Below, in pieces: positions 24,602 through 36,095 of a stretch of 64,000 nucleotides of DNA. Every line of letters starts with the position of its first letter. Position 1 is the stretch's first letter. The stretch spans positions 186,001 to 250,000 of the forward strand of contig JALDTO010000192.1 in the NCBI GenBank assembly GCA_023515725.1. The letters are read 5' to 3'. Both the position numbers and the translations under genes were made by a program. This stretch comes from Amoeboaphelidium protococcarum X5. Its lineage: Eukaryota > Fungi > Aphelidiomycota. A model generated the notes under the pieces. That model was given only the letters and a program-made list of their open reading frames with translations, ran no database searches and was not told the DNA's origin.

Positions 24602-27600
24602 TGAAAGGTGAAAACAAGAGAGACAGCACTGTGTTGGTAGTAATTATTTTACTGATTGATTTTTTATTCATTGCTCTAGCACTGAACAGCGCTTTCGATT
24701 TATATTGTAGTACAGTAGTAGCCATGAAATGCGGCCAATGGATTCAGAATTGTCCAGAGAGATGAGGTGGAGGAGGTGGAGGAGGAGGAGCTCTTGTTAA
24801 ATGTGTTGACTAGATGGAGACTGACCATACCATTAGAAACTTTAAGAAATCATAACACAAAACTCCAGAGGGGACAATTCATGAATGTGATGAGAACCAC
24901 AGCAGCAAAGCAATTCAGACTACCAGTGTAGGGGGAAACTCTTGCCAGAGGACTCGATCAACTCTTGACTATTGACTACAGAGCAGATACGGGGGGCCTC
25001 GGCAACTTTCGAATGGAACTTCTATATATTCTATATTCTATGAGATGTGACTGCTGCGCCTCCAATGAGATGACTATATATACAAATGACATGAGACTAC
25101 GGAGGACGCAGAAAACTCTTGCAATGACGCCTATGATCTAGCTACGGCGCCATGTACAAAGGATGATGATGATGACATGCAGCCAAAGGAGCCTATGGAT
25201 GGGGACTACGGCACCAGTGGCATTGAGATGAGGAACTACTCTTGCAGACTACGCCTATGATCTAGCTACGGCGCATCTGCAAAGGATCATGATGATGATG
25301 TGAAGCCAAACGAGCCTATGACAATAAACTACGGCCCGATGGCAGTGGGATGAGGAACTACTCTTGCAAATGACGCCTTGATTGACAGACTACGACGCCA
25401 TTTGCAAACTATGACAAGCAGCCGCCAGAGGAGTCTAAGAATTTTCACTGCGACTCCAGCGGCAAATACACAAGACGAGATGACTCTATTCTATCCAACG
25501 CAACTAGCCAGTCCAACGAGAGAGAGAGATATATATATATATGTAGAGGCAGGACCGGCCAAGATGCGCACAGAGAGTGGATAGAACAGAGATAGAGAGA
25601 GGACAACCACAACACAGTATGCCTTGTATTGCAATTGTCCAGAGAGGGAGACTTACGGAGAGGAAACGGAGACAAAGACAGGTGCAGATTTTTAGCCTAG
25701 GACCATGATTGAAGTCCAGATGATCAATGAGATGAGGCAGCACCACATATTTTATAGTCTTGTCAGCTTCCACCAGCTCCAATATAATTTTACTTGGCAT
25801 TGGCATTACGAGAACAATGATTGAATTTTTTTTCATTTTCCTGCCAATGCCAAGGCGGTGCGCGGGTCAGGCATACCAGTTACTAGCTACCATTGCATTT
25901 GTAGTACCAACCAGGCCAAGCCAACCAGACGAAGATTACTTATGGACATTCAAAGAGTGAGAGAGAGAGAGAGTCCAGCGGTTGGCGAGGCAGAGTTGGC
26001 AGATGAATTATTATTATTATTATTATTTATGGCAATTAGCTATCTCAGAGACCCGCGCACCAGAAGATACCAGCTATAACCTATGACGGTTATAGCATTT
26101 TGATTATGAACCCAGCTCTTTGCTGGGCAGACTTTTCTTTACTGGCCATACCAGACCAACACCACCACCCCCTCTTTTCCAACTCCATGTGGGCCATCAT
26201 GGCCCACTCCCAGTCACCAAATCACCATCTTCACGGCCAAAGACGGCCAGGTCCAGCCCAAGATGACACTGGACAGACTTGTTCGCAGCCTTCTATACCA
26301 CGACGCCAAAGACCAATACCCACTGGCCAGCTGCAGGTCCAACAGAACGACAACACAACCTCTGGTGTCGTCGTGACACAAGCCAGCACTAATGGACCAG
26401 CACAAGCTCCTTCATCCAGAAAGGGACCGAGAGGAAAGAGACCGCCAGAGATACGACTTTGACTAGGCGAAGAGGCAGTAAACAAGCAGAGAACAATTAA
26501 TTTCTAGAAGCAAAGAGCAGAGGACTCCTTGCTGAGATCTAATAAGAACAGCCCAACAAAAATGAGGGCATTATTATAGAGAGCCAATCGCAGCCAACTA
26601 ACAGCTGCGAGGTTGACCAAGTTCTTTTTTGAAGCGCCAACAATTAGACGCCATGCTACCGAGAGCGTTCTATACTTTAAAGCCATATTTTCGGCTAATA
26701 ACCTGGACTTTGCAACCTCAATCCTCATAACGCCAACTAAATACTCACAAACTTAGAAGCTGATGGTCTGATAGCATGGAAACACAACCTCTGGTGCTTC
26801 CATAGCACAAGCCAGCACTACAGACCAGCACAAGCTCCTCCGACCAGCTTCTTGACCAGCGGACGAGACTCCCAGAAGTGAGATCTTTGACAAGGTAGTA
26901 GAGGTTCAATCAGGACTGTAATGACAACTTTTCATTTGATTTACTCATTTGCACAGAGCAGAGGACTCTGTGTTGCTTTTTTTATAATCACCTCATCCAT
27001 TAGTGCAAGGATGGGTGCTTTAGATATGACGACATCAATTCTTATTAAGTTAATATATAGGTGAATCACCACGTTCTTTTAAGGATTCTAGCAATATTTT
27101 AGGATACTTTAACTCCAGTATTACTGTTGGGCAGTAGACAGTTCAATGCTTATCGCCAGCACAATCCGCACTCATAAACGCAGCAGATGCAGTTTTTTCA
27201 TTACAACACAGACGTCATACAAGACAACAATGACAATTACATATCTTCAGGCGACTAACACGCAGAGAGAGATTCTATTCTATCTAGTACAGAGTAAGAG
27301 CCAGTCAGAGAAATAAACGATATGTGACTTTTTTCTCCAAATCGGTGTTAACAACAGGAATTAAAGAACCAGCATAACTTGAGTTATTGCGTAGAGTTCC
27401 ATGTTCAATAAGAAGGGGTGTATGGTCAGCAGACACACCAAGCAAAGTCTGATTATCCTTAGTAAAATAGCAGCGTTTTCAGCTTGTAAACAATGAGCCA
27501 GAGAGACATTTCCCAATTGAGCTTTATCAACCAGCAGCAAACCAGAAGACGATATCAATTGACTCTACAAGCAGTTGTAGTACTGCGGCTCAATGACCAG

Positions 27601-29062
27601 TCAGCAGTTTCAAGTCAATGACCATTCACAAAAGGACAGTAGTTCTCTGACGAATACAAGCATCAAATGAGACCATAGTTCAGGACTCACCAAGTTGGTA
27701 CTGCATATAGCATGAACCTTGTTAAAGAAAAGCAAACAACAACAATTACAACTTCACAGACACCCAAAACCTTGTGAGAGCAAAGCAAACACAGTCGACC
27801 CCAAAGTCATGTTCCGATATCACTAATAAAGAAGAGCGCAAAACCCATGGAGCCAGCCTCTTCTATTGCTTTTGTATAGTAAACAGCTACAACCAATTAT
27901 GAATTGAAGACACAGCCAGTACCTTGTCATCGAAGCATTCTTGATAAGTCAAAGTAGCATGAACCTACACACATAGAACTACATAAAATGAATAAAAGAG
28001 CTAAATCTGTTAAATATATACATACCGGATTAGAGACAATGACCATGAGAGTAGCTTTGAGAGGTCAGCCACAGATGGATAAAGAGAGAGAGAGATGAGC
28101 CTTGACAGTATCTTGTGACTAAGAGAAGTTCCAGCAAAGAGGACAGCGATTAAACACAAGCTCGACATCATGGGCCATAGTAGAGGAGCAGCATTCTTCA
28201 CCAGTAAGGATCCGGAGGATTGTCCAGAGACCATCATCATAGAGCTGGAACGAGCGAGCAGGAGACGGATTGTTTCAGGTGCAGAGTAGAGGAGACAGAC
28301 AGCCAAACTGAGCAGATAGCAAGCGAGCACCAGAGCCATCACTCAAGCAAGTAGCTAGGACACCATACTGGCATATCGGATGAGATAAACGCATAGCGAA
28401 CATATGAGTGTAATAATCGATTGTTATCATAAGAGAAGAAGAGAGTGTGATATGGGACAGTGGGAATGTTTGATTCTTCCCCCACACTTTGTTTCAGATC
28501 TGAAACGTGGCTTGAGTGAAACGGGGACCACCAAAAGGCAACCGGGTCAGTTCTTGATCAATTTCTTTGGGAATAAGCTCATCTGCCGTTTCAGAAAACG
28601 ATCTATCGATTGGTACTAATATTATATGTACTCGAGTTTGGTGAGTTATATTAAGTAAGCTATAGGATTGAGTGGTTGTCCGGATTAGGAAGCTCGCGCG
28701 CGCTCCGTCGCTGAAACGAAACCGGTCTGGACCGAGGGCCGATATCGAACAATGCGGCCGCCAGAGTAAAGGAAAGTGCACAATATAAAACTGGTAGTCA
28801 GTGAGGACTTAGTACTGTATTATCGCTGATATCAATGGTATATCTGTAACTTTTTATTCCCAAACATTGGTATTCCTGTTAGTTTGAAATGTAATCTAAT
28901 AGGCCAACCTTCACCTTCCAAAAACTATTTTCAGGAAGCCAGACCGCACCCTCTTGTACACATACTTGTATTTTTACTAACCTTATAGCAGTTTTATATA
29001 GTTTTTATCTGTCACTTGTATTATTCACAGCTTCTCCCAGCTGTATTATGCAACTATGAACT
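24602..29062 (+). repeat. Left arm of ~4.4-kb inverted repeat
   Basis: Reverse complement aligns along its length to 39108-43566; mirrored ORFs in the supplied track (e.g. 25378-25584+ = 42586-42792-). Ends approximate. Confidence 0.95.
25095..25410 (+). repeat. ~125-bp degenerate tandem repeat (~2.5 units) inside the IR arm, mirrored at ~42760-43075
   Basis: Recurring actcttgca..acgcctatgatctagctacggcgc..caaaggat(gat)n..gccaaa.gagcctatg units. Confidence 0.75.
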
Positions 29063-29179
29063 ACTTGCTGTTCATGATTTGAATGAGTGGTGAAAATACA
29101 CTACAGTATAGGAGATGTAGATGGAGAAGACGCATAAACGCATGATATGAAATATACCAACACTGAATGTATTATACTT

Positions 29180-30259
29180 TCACTGCATACTTTAAGTTGC
29201 GCCAAATTCTTCCTCTTACTATTTATCGGATAAAGACTATTAAACATCTGTATCAGTGATAGAAGGGGGATTCTCTAGAGAGTAAGAGGTAAATCCACAT
29301 CCAGTGGCGCGATCGATTTGCATTTACAGGTCCAACATCTAGTCTTTATTATCGATACTGAGCGGCTGGAATGTAACCAACTTGAAATCTTCTATGAGTC
29401 CAACTAGAGATTCATTCAGTCGATGGTAAGAAGAATCTTTAGTCTGTTTTAGATGATCCAAAAGATATGATGTATCCCCAACCTGTGTATAATAGTCCAC
29501 ATCAAATGCCAGGTCGTCTTTAAACGTGCTGATCAAATCGAACTTCGACATTACGTTGATGAACGGGAATTCTAAGCACAGCATCATCCTGAGAGATAGC
29601 AAAACGGATGATATATATTTCCCCGAGTCGGCACAGTGTGTGACATCAGTCAGACTGACAATGCACACCTGTAGATCCATCTCTCTTTATAGCCATTATA
29701 TCAACATTGGAGTGGACATGTTGGTATCGGTAAATAATTCAACTTGTCCCGGAAAATCAATTAAAAAATGTACTCTTGCATCTTGGTCATCATCTTCTTC
29801 TTCTTCCGCTGTGTCATTCTTACTACTTTTACTATCATTATTATGAGAGTTTGCATGCGTATTAATATCGCCAGTTGGAGCAGTCGCGCTATGCTAGTGC
29901 TTGTCGTCTTCAATAGCGGAGGCTGCAGATTCCAACTACTGCATCAACCACTCTTTATTTTCATACAAGAAATCCATACAGTACAGCAGACTACCATTAG
30001 ATCCGAGCTAATACTTATCCATCACATCCTCTAGCGTTATCAAATCTCTAATATCAACATCGTACATGATATCCTAGGACTCGCCATTTTATTGATCAAT
30101 GGGTTGATTAACAAGTTCATTGGCAGGATCCAAATTTACAAGAATTACGCGTCTCTTTTTATATTACTTGGGTAGAGCTTCCATAAACTATCTGACGCCT
30201 TGACAGTATGTGCTCTTGCCACTACCAGCAGTCCCTATAACAATTTGCGCGTATGGCAT
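29180..30259 (-). CDS. GPN2: GPN-loop GTPase 2 (divergent)
   Basis: MPYAQIVIGTAGSGKSTYC, VNLDPANE, LIDFPGQVELFT, LEFPFINVMSKFDL. Confidence 0.88.
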
Positions 30260-30787
30260 GATTATCTTCAATGATTACTTCTTTACTAAGGTGCTATTCG
30301 AGCGATGGAGATGAAAATGAGAAGAGAAAGGGGCCATTTCGATGCTCTTTGATGTTATCAATACTCTTTTGAGTCTTATAACTAAATTGAATATTTTTTT
30401 TAAATATATTATTGATAATAATCTTAGATAAAACTGCGCTTCTGTGACTATTAGTTGCAATCGCATAAACTATTATAGTTAAACCAGTGTTACGACTTCC
30501 GTCATCAAATTCAACGATCTCACGATTTGTAATAGAAAGATTGCAATTATAACTACCGTGTTACATAGTCTCACTATATAAGTCATTATAAAAGCCTATA
30601 GAATTATCTGAGATTTTTAATTATTGCAGTGGAGAAAAGCTCTGATATAACGGTAAGCCATGTGGGTGTTTTTGTTGAAGTTGAAACGTTGATCCGCGAT
30701 GCGATGACCAATCCATCATTTGTCACTTTTTAATGCCCCTTTAGTTCTTGTGCATGTTAGTTTTATGCACACTCAACTTGCCAGCCA

Positions 30788-31534
30788 ATGCCACATAAGA
30801 ATAGTATTTTGTATTAACAGCTTAAGGACAGCAGCCTGAAAACTGGAGATCTGGTGTTGTTTAGTGACAGTTGGTTCATCACATCGCGAATAACGCGTTT
30901 CACAACAAGATCAAGGTGGACTCACATTGCAATGATTATTAGGTATCCGCTTAATATTCCATTTTACGAGCGAGATTTATACATTTGGGAAATAAGCAAT
31001 GGTGTATGGACCCACCAAGATCTAATATCTGGAGAGAGTAAGACTCGAGGGTCGCGTGTCATTTTACTAACTGATAAGTTTCAAGACTTTCCGCAATGGC
31101 ATTTCAACTATGTGGCCTTTGAGCAATTGCAAAACGTACATATTCCATTAATGACTGTGTTTGAGTATGAGAGATATGAATTGCAGATACATGCATAGAT
31201 TATGCCCGTTTTGGAGCAATGGTCGACGCTAAACTTTAAACACGATACGTGGACGTTTATCAAGGCTGTCATTTCTCAGCGTCCATGGCTATAAATGGAC
31301 CATATTGGACATCGTCGCGTAAACTTGGAACATGAACAATTGTTCTGTTCAGAAGCTCTGACTATCTTACTGCAGCATATTGGTCTGGTAGATGCACGCG
31401 TTAAGCCTCAACGAATCGTCCCAGGAGATTTCGCTCACGTATTCTAAACGATATCTCACGGAATCGGTAAGTAACTCCCTTTACTCAATGGTTGGTATTA
31501 CCGCCCCTTCATGATTCTTGACAAATGGAAATGA
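30788..31534 (+). CDS. Permuted papain-like (NlpC/P60, YiiX/YaeF-type) amidase
   Basis: LKTGDLVLF, RSRWTHIAMI (His), LFCSE (Cys), IVPGDF, with His before Cys as in permuted NlpC/P60 enzymes. Confidence 0.75.
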
Positions 31535-31612
31535 AATATACAATCTAGTAAGTAAAGATATCAACGTTTATCATCATCATCACCATTTCCATCACAATCA
31601 TACACAATAGCA

Positions 31613-32155
31613 TCACATCAACTTGTGTCCAATGGAATCATACTTGAACAGATTCAGCTTCTTGTCGGCATTGACCAGAGTCTGCAGATGAAACGGACGG
31701 TCGATTCTTCGATGTTTCTCCGGCTTCGTAATGGCCGCGTAATCTTTATCAAAACCGACAGACTTTCGGCTCAACTCCTCGTGGATCATCGTCAGTTTCG
31801 TGGAGATGAATTGAACGTTTGTTTCACAATCTTGCACTGATCGCTTACACTCATTCACCTTCTGCTCGTAGCTTCCCATAGCCATATTGAGATTCTGTAC
31901 AAATGTTGATAGACCATCTGCAGCGTAGCTTCTTACTTTCATATCCACCTAGTCGTACTGATCCTTGTTCATAGGCGGCTATGCGTACAAGCTTCGACAG
32001 TACTAGGCAATCTGTGCCAGTTGCACACTTGTGTTTTTGAGCATTTCAATATGATCCTGCATTGTTTTCTGAGCCTCCACAGGTGCTCCAGGTATCATCT
32101 ACTACTATTAATATTGTACTTGTTATTGCTAATTATTGTAATTATTATAATCCAT
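31613..32155 (-). CDS. ABI: Abl-interactor (ABI) WAVE-complex subunit, short form
   Basis: LAQIAQYCRSLY, RSYAADGLS, IHEELSRKSVG, YDSIGH match the Abi N-terminal/HHR region; ends at TGA 31613-31615. Confidence 0.72.
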
Positions 32156-32373
32156 ATTAGTCTGTCTAAATAAAGTTCTCGTTCTATCGAATGCAATCGT
32201 TAGTGAGGCAATAAATATCGCAACTTTGGTAAAGAATGATGAAACTGAAACTAAGAAAGAGCCCCAGAGAACGAGGAGCGGATTCCTTAAGCTGTCAAAA
32301 GTCAAGTGATTTTCGTTAATTAAATAATAGTGATATAAACTTCAATTTATATTCAAATGCTTATTGGAGTAAA

Positions 32374-34320
32374 TCAACGTCTATCAGTTTTACCGTTCTT
32401 ACGCTTGCCTGCAAACAGATGCTTCGGCATTGAGGTGAGGATTACACGATCAGCCTCACCAGCCTTGGCCAACATGTTATTTCTTCTCTCGTTCAACTTC
32501 TTGATGTTTGTGACTTCAGACTTCTGTTTGTTATCCCTCAGTCCCATAACGCTACGATCACGCATAGGAATGGATCTGAACTTGGACATCGATCTGGCGA
32601 TTGAGACCTCGCGACCACCCATACGCACGTCTCCATCTTCATCTTGTTGCTGCGTGATACTGCGAGTTCTCTTTCTACCACGAGCACTCTCTTCAGCTTC
32701 CACAGTGTCTAATCCAAGCGGCTGCAATTGCTTACCAATTTCGCTTGCAGAACGCAATCTAGCTCTAGCTTTCAGACCAATCTTGGATGTCTGCTTGGTG
32801 GTTTTCATTCTATGCTGCACAACCATCATCTTTCTCTTCTCCTTGATCTTATTGGCTAATGTACGGGCATTGATAGCAGTTGGATCAGTAACTTCTCCTT
32901 CTACAGCATAATGTCCAGCATCTACCAGTCCCTCCTCCTCGCGCTCCAGAGCCTCCAACTTGGCAGCAATCTCAGGATCAATAAAGTCTGCCACATTATG
33001 ACCATCCATAATCTCGGGAATAATATCATGCTTCCACTCATCGCTAGCCAGGATATATTTCTTCTTCAAATCAATGTTGTAAACACCAGCACCGCCATTC
33101 TCAACTTCAATATCGCGCTCGGTGCGCACCTTCTCCGGAACTGTTACATCCTATCTAACTTTGTGAGCCATCTAAGGTGGAATGAAAGGCTGTCGCTCAG
33201 TGTCATCACGCTCCACAGGCATTGCAACATGGATCCTATCTAAAATGTCTCCAACCTTGTTGTTGGACTGACGCAGCTTACTCTCAACGCGCGCAGCCAG
33301 CAACTTATCACAGGCCAGCTACTTTGCTTCCATCAGACCAGTCTCATTGAAGCAGCTCACTTCAATATATTCAACTCCGCTACTCTTTATGAGCTGATCC
33401 ACTTCAAGCTTCTCATCTTCAGACAGATCTGCCAGCGTTCTCTTATCGCTCTTGTTAAAGACCAACACCAAAGGCTTGTTGGCGAAAAGTGGCTAAATCG
33501 ACTTGAACAATGATGCCTGCAGTTTGATAGAATAGCCACACTCCTCGGACAGATCCATAAAGTACAAGATACAAGATCTCAAATGAGCCAAAGCAGTGAT
33601 GGAAAGCATCTCAATAGTGTTACGCTCTTCCAACGGATGATCCAAAATTCCCGGAGTGTCAATCACCTACCAACGGAGATACTTGTAATCCATATGACCA
33701 ACGAATAGACTCTTGGTGGTGAAAGCGTAAGGTTGCACATCAACTTCAGCACGCGTCAATTTGTTGATAAAGCTACTCTTGCCACAATTTGGATAACCAC
33801 AAATGAGCAACGTACGCGTGTTAGGATCGATGGCTGGTAGACGCGCCAAATGCTATCTAACCTGCTCCAAGTACGCGAGAGTCTCCTTCTATTTCTTCAT
33901 GATGGTGGCCATTCTACCCAAAGCTGCGCGCTTCAACTGCTTACATCTGTACAGAGAATCACCAAACTTCAACAAGCGAACATAATCTCTACCTACACCA
34001 CTGATCAAATTCTTGGCAGCAAAGATGTGACCCAAGGCGATCTTGTAATGATCGCGGTCATACAGCACATTGATCAGATCAGAGTAGAATGGATGCACAT
34101 CATCTAACTTGGGGAAATCAGTCAAAATCTGCTCCAATTTCTCTTCAAAACTCTGCTGCGTATACTTCACCTTGCGCATGTAGAATGCTCTAATACGCGA
34201 GATCTGATAAGACTTGTGCACCACAGTCGGCGTCTTTCTCATGGTCTTAGACAGCACAATATCAATGAATTCATTAGCGGTAGGCACCGTCTGTATTCCT
34301 TTCAAATTATACACAGACAT
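32374..34320 (-). CDS. NOG1: Nucleolar GTP-binding protein 1
   Basis: [54 protein letters not shown]. Confidence 0.98.
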
Positions 34321-34571
34321 TTTTAATTTCCAATTTTTGTATGCGTGTAAAAATGACAATTAAAAGTTCCAAGTATTGTTATGATGAAGAGGAAACGAAA
34401 AAATTAACTTTGCGCAATTTTCAAATCGCCACACTGATTTCGGCTATGCTTGATACTAAGTGTTGCAGATGCTTAACTATCGCTGTATTCAAATTTCAAG
34501 GAAAATGGATTGCAAACTGAAAATTACATCTATAGATATATTAAAGCAAATAGTAATATAAAATATGAGAG

Positions 34572-35927
34572 TCATAGCTAATCAAGCAATTTACGCTATC
34601 GCTTCCGTTTTAACTTGCACTTGACGCAGTTACACTGACTTTCCGTGTCGGTCTCACTCTCAGTGGATGAAACGCTTAAAGCGGCTCCCTTCATCACGGA
34701 TTAGGACGAGGATGATGACGAAGAGCTAGAGTCACTGTCAGAGGAGGAAGAGGAGTAAAGATTAGGAACATATTTCAACTCTTCTATAGAATTGATTACC
34801 ACAGAGAATTGATTACACCTAGGATCACAGTCAGGATTCTTGGAGATATTCATAATAGCTTGTTTGAGCTTGGCGGCAAATTTAGGACGTGCATTACGCG
34901 TCTTCAACCAAGAGTATTCAGCGTTGAGAGGATGTGAGAGATTCTGAGTAACTGCAATCGAAAAGTCTAAATTTATAACAACATGATGCCACCCGGGAGG
35001 AACATAAACACACTAACCACGTTCTTGAATAAAGTCAACAATGCGCAAAGACTTTTACTACTCCGGAGTAAGACTCAGTATTTTGTTGTACACCGTGTGG
35101 AACCATGTAATACCTTCATTATCAAGATGGGTTGCATATTGAGAATAGTCATCACCAGGCTAACGAGATAAGAGCTCTTTACGCGTCTTTGGAGGAAACA
35201 AAATCCATCTCTTACGACCTTGGATTAATGCATTCCAAGCAGATGTCCCGAGTGGATCTTGATGAAGATTAGTACCAGACCTCGCAGGACCAATAACAAT
35301 CCAGCGATGAGGTGGCCGTTTACTGCGGACCTCTTCCAGATCGAATAGATCTTACTAAAAGAACTCGGGCACTCTAAAATCATCAACCAGTTTACTATTA
35401 GTAACATTTAACTTCAACTTTGATCTAGTCGTTGAAGAAGACTCTTAAGTAGTATTGCTCAATTTTTAACGCCCAAAAGAAGAGTCAAATATGTATAGAG
35501 GCGAATCTTCCTGGGGTGCCAAGTGCTTACAGTATCTCAAGTAGTCTTTCATAGACAATCGCACAGGTCGGCCACTGTCATCCTCACCAACGCGAAACAT
35601 CAGATTTTGACAGGTGGGAGATGATTTAAAGAATTGCTTGTTCCATTTACGCATAGCTGGCCACCAGTTCATTATATTATCAATAAGTACAGGCTGTGAG
35701 TTGACGATATACTTCCTCTCAAATTTTTTGAGTGATATTGCAGAGCCATCAATACGAGTGATATCGTGAGCATAAGCACTTTTGTCAGGCAGAGGACGAC
35801 TGGCATAATCATTTCGTGTCCAACCATTCAAGATATTCAATGAAGAGCGGCATTTCAATTTAGCCTCATTCACCCACGATATCCACCTCTTATTCTATCT
35901 CTTTCTCTTCCTCTTTATTCCAGCCAT
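34572..35927 (-). CDS. JMJD6: JmjC arginine demethylase / lysyl hydroxylase JMJD6
   Basis: [54 protein letters not shown]-type motif, AVTQN, poly-Ser tail. Confidence 0.9.
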
Positions 35928-36095
35928 ATTCCTTGATAATTTATTCATTCAGTTTTCTCACTTTTTACTGACAGTTGTTATGAACGCGTTACTTCACACC
36001 ATCGATCAAGGGGAACTAAGGGCGGTCGAGCTTTAGTGTTTCATCTCTTTCTTCACCACTTTATAAATTTAACTAGACGTAATTACCAGTTTATC

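Noticed and set aside
25095-25410. Repeat units as a CRISPR-like array
   Set aside because: Long degenerate tandem units without unique spacers, in a eukaryote with no cas genes.
28404-28619. CYHKRRRECD..C as a Zn2Cys6 domain in the IR arm
   Set aside because: Too few cysteines, wrong spacing and no supporting ORF.
28490-28800. GC-richer stretch with an Sm-site-like AATTTCTTTGG as a snRNA
   Set aside because: No U1/U2/U4/U5 signature sequences recognised.
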